This document shows positions 1-8,961 of a stretch of 64,000 nucleotides of DNA, in pieces. Origin of the DNA: Alphaproteobacteria bacterium (GTDB taxonomy: Bacteria; Pseudomonadota; Alphaproteobacteria; SHVZ01); the NCBI GenBank assembly GCA_044223515.1, contig JBGALV010000001.1:74864-138863 (forward strand), written 5' to 3'. A program made the position numbers and the translations under genes. The notes below the pieces were generated by a model. It had not been told where the DNA came from, did no database searches, and saw only the letters and a list, made by a program, of their open reading frames with translations. Positions within the stretch are counted from its first letter, which is position 1, and each line of letters begins with the position of its first letter.

Positions 1-214
1 CCTGTCGACGTCGGTTTTCACGACCTCAAGAACTCTCAAGGCCTCCCCCGGAGATCCTTCTCGACGCCATAGTAGCTCGGGTGCCGAGCCGAGCGCACTA
101 CGGTTGCGCCGGCGCGGAGGCCTACCTGCGGATCGACGAAGTGTTTTGGCCCATGCTAGACACCCCTGCCTCCCAACCAGACCGAGCAAAGCCGTGAAAC
201 CCGCCAATTCGGTG

Positions 215-1360
215 ATGTCCAGCTACGGGACGACCGTGTTCGAGGTCATGTCCCGCCTCGCCATGGAGCATGGCTCGATCAACCTCGGCCAAGGGTTTCC
301 GGACGGAAACGGGCATCCCGAGGTGGTCAAGGCCGCACAGGCTTTCCTCGACGACCGGCCGAACCAGTACCCGCCGATGATGGGCGTGCCGGAGCTGCGC
401 CAGGCCGTCGCGCGCCACGACAAGCGCTTCCATGGTCTCGACGTCGACTGGCAGTCCGAGGTGATCGTGACCTCTGGCGCCACCGAGGCGCTGGCGGCGT
501 GTCTCTTCGGCCTGATCGAGCCCGGCGACGAGGTCGTGCTGTTCGAGCCGCTCTACGACTCCTACCTGCCGATCGTGCGCCGCGCCGGCGGCATCCCGAA
601 GCTGGTGCGGATCTCTCCGCCCGAATGGAAGCTCGACGAGAAGGCGCTCCGCGCTGCGTTCTCCGACCGCACCAAGCTCGTGCTGCTCAACAACCCGCTG
701 AACCCCGCCGCCAAGGTCTTTACCCGTGCCGAGCTCCAGCTGATCGCCGACCTGGTGCTCAAGCACGACGCGGTCGCGGTCTGCGACGAGGTCTACGAGC
801 ACATCGCCTTCTCCGACGCGCCGCCGTTCATTCCGCTGATCTCGCTGCCGGGCATGCGCGAGCGGTGCCTCCGGATCGGCTCGGCCGGCAAGACCTTCTC
901 GCTGACCGGCTGGAAGGTGGGATACGTCACCGCGGCGCCCGAGCTCCTGCGCGCCGTCACCAAGACGCATCAGTTCCTGGTCTTCACCACGCCGCCGAAT
1001 CTGCAGCGGGCAGTCGCGGCCGGGCTCGACCTCGGCGACGAGTACTATCGCGACCTGGTCGGCGACATGCAGGCCAAGCGCGACCGCTTCGCCAAGGGAC
1101 TCGCGGAGATAGGATTCGGCGTGCTGCCGAGCCAGGGGACGTATTTCATCACCGCCGACTTCCGGCCGCTCGGATTCAACGGTACCGACGAGGATTTCTG
1201 CCGCCACATCACAGTCGAGGCCAAGGTGACGGCGGTTCCGGTCAGCGCTTTCTTTACCCCGGGGGAACCCCCGCGAGACTTCGCCCGTTTTTGCTTTTGC
1301 AAGAAGGACGAAGTCTTAGACGCCGCCCTCGAAAGATTACTGAAACACTTCAAGGGTTAG
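215..1360 (+). CDS. PLP-dependent class I/II aminotransferase (methionine/aromatic aminotransferase YbdL-like)
   Basis: ORF 104..1360 trimmed to the ATG at 215 (MSSYGTTVF...). The N-terminal GQGFPD motif, the central SAGKTFSLTGWKVGY motif (PLP-binding Lys region) and the length of about 381 aa are typical of fold-type I aminotransferases. Confidence 0.85.
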   Translation: MSSYGTTVFEVMSRLAMEHGSINLGQGFPDGNGHPEVVKAAQAFLDDRPNQYPPMMGVPELRQAVARHDKRFHGLDVDWQSEVIVTSGATEALAACLFGLIEPGDEVVLFEPLYDSYLPIVRRAGGIPKLVRISPPEWKLDEKALRAAFSDRTKLVLLNNPLNPAAKVFTRAELQLIADLVLKHDAVAVCDEVYEHIAFSDAPPFIPLISLPGMRERCLRIGSAGKTFSLTGWKVGYVTAAPELLRAVTKTHQFLVFTTPPNLQRAVAAGLDLGDEYYRDLVGDMQAKRDRFAKGLAEIGFGVLPSQGTYFITADFRPLGFNGTDEDFCRHITVEAKVTAVPVSAFFTPGEPPRDFARFCFCKKDEVLDAALERLLKHFKG

Positions 1361-1404
1361 CAATCACAAGTGACGGGTTGCGCCCCCCCACTTGAGACGC
1401 CAAT

Positions 1405-1728
1405 ATGCCGCCCGACATGCAGCTCGATAAGACCACAGTCAAAGCGGTCGAGATCCTCGCGGACTCGACGGCGCGCGTCGTCGGCACCGGATCGATCGTC
1501 TACCTGAAGCTCACCCGGGTGGTCAGCGTCGGCTCGCCCCAGGCGCTGGATTCCGCCCGCACCGAATTCGACAAGCTGCCGCCCGACAGGCGCCAGTCGA
1601 TCCGGGTTGACGCGGTGACCCAGGCGCAGAAGCTGAACGCCAACAAGAACACGGTCGCCGCGATCGAGGCGATGTTCAAGCCGTTGGCCCCGATGGACGG
1701 CAAGGTTCCGCGTCTCGTCGTCCGCTAG
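1405..1728 (+). CDS. hypothetical small protein (107 aa)
   Basis: An intact ORF with high-GC3 codon usage consistent with its neighbours. It sits between the aminotransferase and the phosphotriesterase-like gene. I recognise no domain. Confidence 0.45.
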   Translation: MPPDMQLDKTTVKAVEILADSTARVVGTGSIVYLKLTRVVSVGSPQALDSARTEFDKLPPDRRQSIRVDAVTQAQKLNANKNTVAAIEAMFKPLAPMDGKVPRLVVR

Positions 1729-1767
1729 CCTTCGTCGTTCCGCTACGTCGCCGCAGGGGAGGGAGCG

Positions 1768-2823
1768 ATGGCCCGTACACGGCTTTCGCGCAGCGATCTC
1801 ACGGGCAAGGTCCAGACCGTCCGCGGCCTGATCGACCCAAGCGAGCTCGGCCAGACCCTGATGCATGAGCACGTGCTCTGGGACCTCCGCACCCCCGAGA
1901 TCAGGGCCAAGAACGACCTCGGCCCGGAGCTCACCTTCAAGAACATCTTCGGCATGAACTACGGCGAGACCTATTCGCCGAGGAACATGCTGTTCGACGA
2001 CGTCGCGATCGCCATCGACGAGCTGCAGATGATGCGCGACGTCGGCGGACAGACCGTGGTCGAGCTGACCTGCGGCGGCATCCGCCCGGATCCCAAGGGT
2101 CTGGCGCAGGTGTCGGAAGGCACCAGCGTCAACATCGTCATGGGCTGCGGCTACTACGTCGAGGAATACCAGGACCCGAAGAACCGCGAGCGCAGTCCCG
2201 ACGACTTCGCCGCCGAGATGGCGGGACAGGTGCTGGAAGGCGCCTGGGGCACCAACGTGCGATCCGGGATCATCGGCGAGATCGGAACCACCACGCCGTG
2301 GGGCGAGCTCGAGCGGACGGTGCTCAAGGGCGCGATCCTGGCCCAGCAGGAGACCGGCGCCTGCCTCAACATCCATCCCGGACGTAACGACGACCTGCCG
2401 CAGGAGATCGCCGAGTTCGTCGCCGCGAACGGCGGCGACACCTCGCGCACGGTCATCAGCCATATCGACCGGACGATCTTCGACGAGGACCGGCTGCTCC
2501 GCCTCGCCGACATCGGGGTCACCGTCGAGTTCGACCTGTTCGGGCTGGAGCAGGCCTTCTACAAGCTGAACACCAACATCGACCTGCCGAACGACGCGGT
2601 CCGCCTCGAGCTTCTCAGGACCCTGATCGACGCCGGCCATCTCGAGCGCATCGTGATCAGCCACGACATCTGCTTCCGCACCCGCCTGGTCAATTTCGGC
2701 GGCCACGGCTATGGGCACATCTTTCGCAACGTCGTGCCGATGATGAAGCGGCGCGAGTACAGCGACGCCGAGATCCAGACGATCCTGGTCGAGAACCCGA
2801 AGCGGCTTCTCACCTTCGCCTGA
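1768..2823 (+). CDS. phosphotriesterase-related protein (PTE-family amidohydrolase)
   Basis: An HEH-containing N-terminus (MHEHVLWD) is typical of the binuclear metal site of the PTE/amidohydrolase family. Length 351 aa. Confidence 0.8.
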   Translation: MARTRLSRSDLTGKVQTVRGLIDPSELGQTLMHEHVLWDLRTPEIRAKNDLGPELTFKNIFGMNYGETYSPRNMLFDDVAIAIDELQMMRDVGGQTVVELTCGGIRPDPKGLAQVSEGTSVNIVMGCGYYVEEYQDPKNRERSPDDFAAEMAGQVLEGAWGTNVRSGIIGEIGTTTPWGELERTVLKGAILAQQETGACLNIHPGRNDDLPQEIAEFVAANGGDTSRTVISHIDRTIFDEDRLLRLADIGVTVEFDLFGLEQAFYKLNTNIDLPNDAVRLELLRTLIDAGHLERIVISHDICFRTRLVNFGGHGYGHIFRNVVPMMKRREYSDAEIQTILVENPKRLLTFA

Positions 2824-3160
2824 GGGCGAGTCGCGTCCGGAAAAGGGCGATCAGAGGGAATTCCCTCAAAAGCGACTAAAAGTAGTGTTCGAAAAATTCG
2901 CGCTTTCCGGCCTTTTCGGCTGGAACCCGATGCGACCTTAAGTATTTGGATACCGCGACACCGCTCTTATTGCTGGTTACCGCATGTTCCTCTTAGAATT
3001 AACCTTGTTTGTGGCTGTAACTCACCTGTTTGGCGACGTTCGCTGGCTGGGCGACCTGAAGCGCGCGTCGTGCTCCGATCTTTCCTGGAAATTTCCATGA
3101 GCCTTGCGGCCGCGCGGCGTGCCGCTCTGGCTTGTAACTTCAGCGTGTGCAGGAGGCCGG

Positions 3161-4042
3161 ATGGCTGAGCGATCGAAGAACCTGGATGACGTGATCCGGT
3201 CGAACCGGAACGGCATCCTCGAAGACTGGCTGCGCCAGCAGACGGCTCAGACCAAGGTCTCGGACGTTGTCAGTGCGGCGGATCTTCGCGACGAATCCAG
3301 CCGCTTCCTCGAGGCCTTCACCGCTGGTCTCGCCGCCAATCAGAGCGAACTCGCCGGCGGTGCGTGGAGCGAGGCGCGCGCCCTGATCGGCTATCTGTCG
3401 CGCTCTCGCGCCAAGGTCGGGCTCACGCCGTCGGAAACCGCGACCTTCGTCTTCTCGCTTAAGCAGGCTCTGTTCGACCGCCTGGTCGCCGTATCCAAGG
3501 ACCCGGGCAGGCTCGCCGCCGATCTCTGGGTCGTCAGCCTGCTCCTCGACAAGCTCGGCCTCTACTCGGTCGAAGTGTTCATGGAGAGCCGGGAGGAGAT
3601 GATCCGGCGCCAGCAGCAGGATCTGCTGGAGCTTTCTACGCCGGTGGTCAAGCTCTGGGACCGCGTGCTGGCGCTGCCGGTCATCGGCACGCTCGACAGC
3701 GCCCGTACCCAGTCGGTGATGGAGGCGCTGCTGCAGGCGATCGTCGACGAGGGCGCGGAGATCGCGATCATCGACATCACCGGCGTGCCGACGGTCGACA
3801 CGCTGGTCGCTCAGCATCTTCTGAAGACCGTATCGGCCGCCCGCCTGATGGGCGCGGATTGCATCATCAGCGGCATCCGCCCGCAGATCGCCCAGACCAT
3901 CGTGCATCTCGGCGTTTCGCTCGACGTGGCGACCAAGGCGACGATGCGCGATGCCTTCGCGCTGGCGCTTCGCCGGATCGGCATGTCGGTGACGACGAGA
4001 AAGGCGCAACCGAGGAACGAAGCCGCTGACGCCAATGGATAG
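3161..4042 (+). CDS. rsbR: RsbR-like stressosome sensor (N-terminal RsbR non-heme-globin-type domain plus C-terminal STAS)
   Basis: The ATG at 3161 is preceded by AGGAGG. The C-terminal segment IIDITGVPTVDTLVAQHLL matches the RsbR STAS region, including the conserved phosphorylatable Thr residues. The N-terminal helical domain resembles RsbRD_N. Confidence 0.8.
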   Translation: MAERSKNLDDVIRSNRNGILEDWLRQQTAQTKVSDVVSAADLRDESSRFLEAFTAGLAANQSELAGGAWSEARALIGYLSRSRAKVGLTPSETATFVFSLKQALFDRLVAVSKDPGRLAADLWVVSLLLDKLGLYSVEVFMESREEMIRRQQQDLLELSTPVVKLWDRVLALPVIGTLDSARTQSVMEALLQAIVDEGAEIAIIDITGVPTVDTLVAQHLLKTVSAARLMGADCIISGIRPQIAQTIVHLGVSLDVATKATMRDAFALALRRIGMSVTTRKAQPRNEAADANG

Positions 4043-4430
4043 GATCCCTATCCTCAAGTTCGGCCGTTCGCTGCTGGTCACCATCCAGGTCGACATGCAC
4101 GACCAGCTGGCGATGACGCTGCAGGACGATCTGACCTCGCGCCTGGTGAAGGAAAGGGCGCGCGGCGTCCTGATCGACATCTCGGCGCTCGAGATCGTCG
4201 ACTCGTTCATGGGGCGCGTGCTGAACAACATCGCCGCCATGGCGAAGATCCTGGACGCGGTCACCGTCGTCGTCGGCATGCGTCCGGCGGTCGCGATCAC
4301 GCTGGTCGAGCTTGGGCTCGACCTCCCGGGCGTCAAGACCGCGCTCAACGTCGAGCGCGGCATGGACCTGATCCGGGCCAGCATCGAGGAAGAATACTCG
4401 GCCGCCGATGTCGACATCGACTCCGACTGA
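4035..4430 (+). CDS. rsbS: RsbS-like STAS-domain stressosome scaffold / anti-sigma-factor antagonist
   Basis: A 131-aa single STAS domain with the conserved ...LEIVDSFMGRVL... Ser motif. It overlaps rsbR by 8 bp. Confidence 0.8.
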   Translation: MDRIPILKFGRSLLVTIQVDMHDQLAMTLQDDLTSRLVKERARGVLIDISALEIVDSFMGRVLNNIAAMAKILDAVTVVVGMRPAVAITLVELGLDLPGVKTALNVERGMDLIRASIEEEYSAADVDIDSD

Positions 4431-4815
4431 GCGCGTCGAGATCCGGACGCCCGAGGACATCGTCCGCGTCCGGCAGCTCGTGCGCACCCGGGCACAGGCC
4501 GCGGGCCTGACGATCGTCGACCAGACCAAGGTCATCACGGCGGCCAGCGAGATCGCGCGCAATACGCTCGACTACGGTGGCGGTGGCGACGTCGAGATCG
4601 AGATGGTGGCCGAGCCGAAGAAGAATGGTGTCCGGCTGACGTTCCGCGATCAGGGGCCGGGAATCCCGGATATCGAGCAGGCGTTGCGCGACAACTTCAC
4701 CACCGGCGGTGGCCTGGGACTGGGGCTCGGCGGCGCCAAGCGGCTGGTCAACGAGTTCAGGATCGAGAGCAAGGTAGGGGCCGGCACGACGATCATGCTG
4801 GCGCGATGGAAATAG
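4408..4815 (+). CDS. rsbT: RsbT-like GHKL serine kinase (anti-sigma regulatory factor)
   Basis: A 135-aa protein with the N-box (ASEIARNTLDYGGGG), G1 (RDQGPGIPD) and G2 (GGGLGLGLGGAKRL) motifs of HATPase_c. It overlaps rsbS. Confidence 0.8.
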   Translation: MSTSTPTERVEIRTPEDIVRVRQLVRTRAQAAGLTIVDQTKVITAASEIARNTLDYGGGGDVEIEMVAEPKKNGVRLTFRDQGPGIPDIEQALRDNFTTGGGLGLGLGGAKRLVNEFRIESKVGAGTTIMLARWK

Positions 4816-5795
4816 TGATCCGCATCGAGCACGACTCCGATGTCGGCGTCGCCAGGCGCTCGGCCCGCGAGGCGGCGGAGTCCGCAGGCCTCGACGAAGA
4901 GGATGCCGGACGCGCCGCCCTGGTGGCGACCGAGGCCGCGACCAACCTGGCGCGGCATGCCAGCTCCGGTGCGTTCTTCGTTCGTCGTCTCGATCCGGCC
5001 GAAGGGCACGGCGTCGAGATGGTGGCGGTCGATCGTGGCCCCGGCATCGCGAACCTCGCGAACTCGATGGTCGACGGCGTCTCGACACGCGGTACGCCGG
5101 GCCAGGGCCTCGGGGCGATGAAGCGCATCGCCGATCTTCTGACCATCGACTCGCGCCCAGGCGAGGGAACCATCGTGGTCGCCCAGGTCCGCAACGGCAG
5201 CGCGGCCGCACCGTTGCCGATGGCGGTCGGCGGGATCGCCGCCGCCATTGCGCCCGACGGATGCGGAGACGCTTTTGCCTTCTCGCCGAGAGTGCGCGGC
5301 GTCGCGGTCATCATGATCGACGGCCTCGGCCATGGCGCCGATGCCGCGGTCGCGGCCGAAGCGGCGGTCGAATGCTTCCATCGGCGCAGCACGGACGACC
5401 TTGTGAATCTCTTTCAGGCGCTCGACCGCGAGCTCAGGCCGACGCGCGGTGCTGCGATCGCCATCGCCCATGTCGACCTGCAGGACAGGGCCGTGCACTT
5501 CATGGGCGTCGGCAACATCTCCGGGATCCTGATCTCGGGCGGCAAGGCGCGGAACATGGTGTCGCACAACGGCATCGTCGGCCACACGATGCGCCGCGTG
5601 CAGCAGTTCGACTATCCGTTCGCCGAAGACCCGACGGTGATCCTGCATTCCGACGGGGTAGGGACCCGCTGGCAGCCGATGGCTCTGATCGAGCGCGGGC
5701 TGACCAACCCCACCGCGATCGCGGCGCAGCTCTGGCGAAGCGACGCGCGCGGCCGCGACGATGCCGGCGTCGTCGTCGTCCGGGGGCGGACATGA
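4806..5795 (+). CDS. fusion protein: N-terminal RsbT/RsbW-like GHKL domain plus C-terminal PP2C (SpoIIE/RsbX-like) phosphatase
   Basis: The N-terminus has E..N..H, DRGPGI and GQGLG motifs, so it is GHKL-like. The C-terminus has IDGLGHGADAA, the PP2C metal-binding motif. It overlaps rsbT by 10 bp and the downstream kinase by ATGA. Confidence 0.75.
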   Translation: MEIVIRIEHDSDVGVARRSAREAAESAGLDEEDAGRAALVATEAATNLARHASSGAFFVRRLDPAEGHGVEMVAVDRGPGIANLANSMVDGVSTRGTPGQGLGAMKRIADLLTIDSRPGEGTIVVAQVRNGSAAAPLPMAVGGIAAAIAPDGCGDAFAFSPRVRGVAVIMIDGLGHGADAAVAAEAAVECFHRRSTDDLVNLFQALDRELRPTRGAAIAIAHVDLQDRAVHFMGVGNISGILISGGKARNMVSHNGIVGHTMRRVQQFDYPFAEDPTVILHSDGVGTRWQPMALIERGLTNPTAIAAQLWRSDARGRDDAGVVVVRGRT

Positions 5796-7874
5796 GCGAG
5801 CTGGTGCTGGCCACTCGCGTCGCCGAAGAGGGCGATGTCGTGCGCGCACGCCAGCAGGCGCGCCGGGTCGCGAGCCTGCTCGGCTTCGAGGGCCAGGATC
5901 AGGTGCGGATCGCGACCGCGGTCTCCGAGACGGCCCGCAGCGCGCTCGAATACGCCCATGGCGGCAGCATCGAGTTCGCGGTGGAGCGGCGAACCAAGCC
6001 GCAGCTTCTGATCGTTTCCGTGACCGATGCCGGGAAGAACGTGCATCCCGACAAGGCCGAGGAGCGGGATCATGGTTTCCTCGGCGCCCGGCGGTTGATG
6101 GACAAGGTCGATGTCGACATGACCGAGGCGGGGACGGTCGTTCGCCTGACCAAGCGCTTCCCCCGGACGGCACCGGCGGTCACCTCCAAGGTGATAGCCA
6201 AGATCTCTGCCGCCGTCGAAGGCGAGGCGAGCAACCCGCTGGAGGAGCTGGCCCGCCAGAACCGCGAGCTGATGCAGTCGCTCTCCGACAACAAGCGTCA
6301 GACCGACGCGGTCCAGCAGCTGAACCAGGAGCTGCAGGAGACCAATCGCGGCGTCGTCGCCCTCTACGCCGAGTTGGACGAGAAGGCGGCGAGCCTGAGG
6401 CGCGCGGACGAGCTCAAGTCGCGCTTCCTTTCCGATATGAGCCATGAGTTCCGGACGCCGCTGAACGCGATCCTGGCGCTTTCCAGCCTGTTGTTGGACG
6501 AGACCGACGGAAGTTTCGACCGAGCAGCGTCGCCAGGTGGTCTATGTCCGCCGGGCCGCCGAGTCGCTGAGCGGACTGGTCAACGACCTTCTCGACCTTG
6601 CCAAGGTCGAGTCGGGGAAGATCGAGATCCACCGCGCGCAGTTCGACGTGGCCGACCTGACCAGTGCGCTTCGCGGCATGTTCCGGCCGCTGGTGATCGG
6701 TGACGTCTCGCTGGTGATCGAGGACCCGGACGGGCTCGCGATCGTCTCGGACGAAGGCAAGCTCTCGCAGATCCTGAGGAACTTTCTCTCGAACGCAGTC
6801 AAGTTCACCGAGCAGGGCGAGATCCGCCTGTGCGTCACGGAGCCCAAGCCCGGCGTCGTCCGGTTCGACGTACGTGATACCGGCATCGGCATCGCGCCTC
6901 AGGATATCGAACGGATCTTCGATGATTTTGTCCAGGTCGACGGGCCGCGCCAGCGCCGTGTCCGCGGCACGGGCCTGGGGCTGCCGCTGTCGAAGAAGCT
7001 TGCCGGGCTCATCGGCGGGCACATCGAGGTGACGAGCGAGCCGGGCAAGGGCTCGACTTTTTCCATGATCCTGCCGGACGGCCTGACCGAGACCCCGGAC
7101 ATCGTGATGGAGCATGCAGCCGAGCTGACGAAGCAGTCGCCGGTTCTGGTGGTCGAGGACGAGCAGGCGGACCTGCTGGTCGCGGTGACCCTGCTGGACG
7201 CGGCGTCGATCCGAAGCCGGCAGGCGCGCACCTTGGCCGAGGCGCGGGCATCGATCGCCGCCGAGCGGCCCGCGGCGATCGTCCTCGACATCCGCTTCGA
7301 CAAGGGCGATGCCTGGACCTTCCTCGAGGAGATCAAGTCGTCGCCGGAGACTGCGGAGATCCCCGTCCTGGTGATGACTGCGACCGACGATGAGGAGCAT
7401 GCGGTCAAGCTGGGTGCTGAAGCATTTGTGAAAAAGCCCGTGGATCGACGCAACCTTGTGCGCTCGCTGCTTCGGCTCTTGAACAGGAAGCCTGCGCTCA
7501 ACGTCCTGCACGTTGACGACGACGAAACCGCCCGCTACGCGGTTCAGCAGATGCTGTTCGGCACCGGCCGGCATCTTCGCCAGGCTGAGAGCGTGGAGCA
7601 GGCGATGGCGTCGATCAGCCGCGATCAGCCGGACGTGGTCCTTCTCGATCTGCACTTTCCGGATAGCGACGGCTATGCGATGCTTTCCCGGCTGCAAAGC
7701 GACCCGGTACTGCGGATTCCAGTCATCATGCTGACGTCGGCCGTCCTCGATGATGCTGACAGACACCGCCTGGCCGGAGCCTTCGCCATTCTTTCCAAGC
7801 GCGATCTCGCCCGCGACACCTTGATCGACTCGATCGACGCCGCCTCGGCCTTCGGACACGGAGGCGCAGCATGA
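5792..7874 (+). CDS. hybrid sensor histidine kinase with an apparent +1 frameshift near 6509 (degenerate GHKL/RsbW-like N-domain, coiled coil, HisKA, HATPase_c, REC, REC)
   Basis: It starts MSELVLATR at 5792, in the frame of ORF 5261..6703. The H-box FLSDMSHEFRTPLNAI lies in frame A. The rest of HisKA plus HATPase_c and two receiver domains lie in ORF 6537..7874, in frame B. The shift occurs between 6506 and 6512. Confidence 0.7.
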
Positions 7875-8905
7875 CCGCGCATCCGGCGATCCTGGTGGTC
7901 GATGACGACGAGGCATCGCGCTACATCAAAACCCGTGTGCTCGAAAGCCAGGGCTTCGACGTCTCCCAGGCGGGAACGGGTGAAAAGGCGCTCGACCGCA
8001 TCGAGGAGAAGACGCCCGACCTGGTCCTGCTGGACGTGAAGCTTCCGGGGATGGATGGGATCGAGGCCTGCCGCATCATCAAGGAGCGGTGGCCGTCCGT
8101 CTTCGTGCTTCATACCTCCGCGGCCTACCGCAAGCCGTCGGACCGCACGCGCGGCCTCGACAGCGGCGCCGACGGCTATCTCGCCGAGCCGGTCGAGCCG
8201 GGCGAGCTCGTCGCCAACGTCAAGTCGCTGCTCCGCATCCGCCAGGTCGAGAACGAGCTGCGGGCGGTGGTTGAGCGCAACCAGGTGCTTCTCCGCGAGG
8301 TCCAGCACCGCACGATGAACAACCTGCAGCTGGTGATCAGCTTCCTCAACCTCGAGTCCCGCGGGCTTTCCGACCAGCATGCGAAGGACCGCATCAAGGC
8401 GGTGATCCAGCGCGTCAGCGCGCTGGCGGCGGTCCACCACCACCTCTACAGCCGGGGCGCGATCGACCGCATCGACTTCGGCTCGTACGTCGCCGACCTG
8501 GTCAAGGACATCGGCAACGCGACGGGAGAGGAGCGCATCGTCTTCCGCACGCAGGCGGATCCGGTATGGATGGAGGCGGATCGCGCCATCCGCCTCGGCC
8601 TCGTGGTCAACGAGCTCGTGACCAACTCGATCAAATACGCCTTTCCCGGCGGGGAAAGCGGCCAGATCAGCCTGAGCCTGCATGCGACGGGCAACGAGGC
8701 GGTACTGACGGTCGAGGACGACGGGCGCGGCTTCGAAGGCAGCAGCTCCACCGGATCCACACGCTCGGGCCTCAGCCTGAGCCAGGCGCTGGCCGAGCAG
8801 TCGGATGCCGAGCTGATCCGGGACGAGACGACGCGCGGCACACGCTGGCGGATCGTTCTCCACAGCCCCGAGGCGCGCCGCGCCGTAGCGCGCGAGGGCC
8901 GCTAG
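7871..8905 (+). CDS. response-regulator receiver fused to a HisKA_2-type histidine kinase (REC-HisKA_2-HATPase)
   Basis: An N-terminal REC domain (ILVVDDDE...DLVLLDVKLPGMDG), then HRTMNNLQLVISFLNL (HisKA_2 H-box), then an ATPase domain with NELVTNSIKYA. There is an ATGA overlap with the upstream kinase. Confidence 0.8.
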   Translation: MTAHPAILVVDDDEASRYIKTRVLESQGFDVSQAGTGEKALDRIEEKTPDLVLLDVKLPGMDGIEACRIIKERWPSVFVLHTSAAYRKPSDRTRGLDSGADGYLAEPVEPGELVANVKSLLRIRQVENELRAVVERNQVLLREVQHRTMNNLQLVISFLNLESRGLSDQHAKDRIKAVIQRVSALAAVHHHLYSRGAIDRIDFGSYVADLVKDIGNATGEERIVFRTQADPVWMEADRAIRLGLVVNELVTNSIKYAFPGGESGQISLSLHATGNEAVLTVEDDGRGFEGSSSTGSTRSGLSLSQALAEQSDAELIRDETTRGTRWRIVLHSPEARRAVAREGR

Positions 8906-8913
8906 GCATCGGC

Positions 8914-8943
8914 CCCCCTCTCCCTGCGCAGCAGGGGGAGGGG
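8914..8943. terminator. GC-rich hairpin between convergent genes (putative bidirectional terminator)
   Basis: The arms cccctctccctgc and gcagggggagggg are a near-perfect inverted repeat. The hairpin lies between the kinase stop at 8905 and the fadD stop at 8962. There is no clear U-tract. Confidence 0.3.
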
Positions 8944-8961
8944 ATCCGAGGAGTGCGCAGC

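Noticed and set aside
2824-3160. Looked for an EcfG (GGAAC-N16/17-CGTT) or sigma-54 (TGGCAC-N5-TTGC) promoter upstream of the stressosome operon.
   Set aside because: GGAAC is present at 2918, but the spacer and -10 do not match (TATT rather than CGTT). The GG/GC elements near 3087-3107 are 19 rather than 12 nt apart. No promoter is called.
5261-5791. The N-terminal 177 codons of ORF 5261..6703, an Arg/Pro-rich translation.
   Set aside because: It overlaps the PP2C gene in another frame and has a low-complexity Arg/Pro-rich translation. The real start is the ATG at 5792, coupled to the upstream stop.
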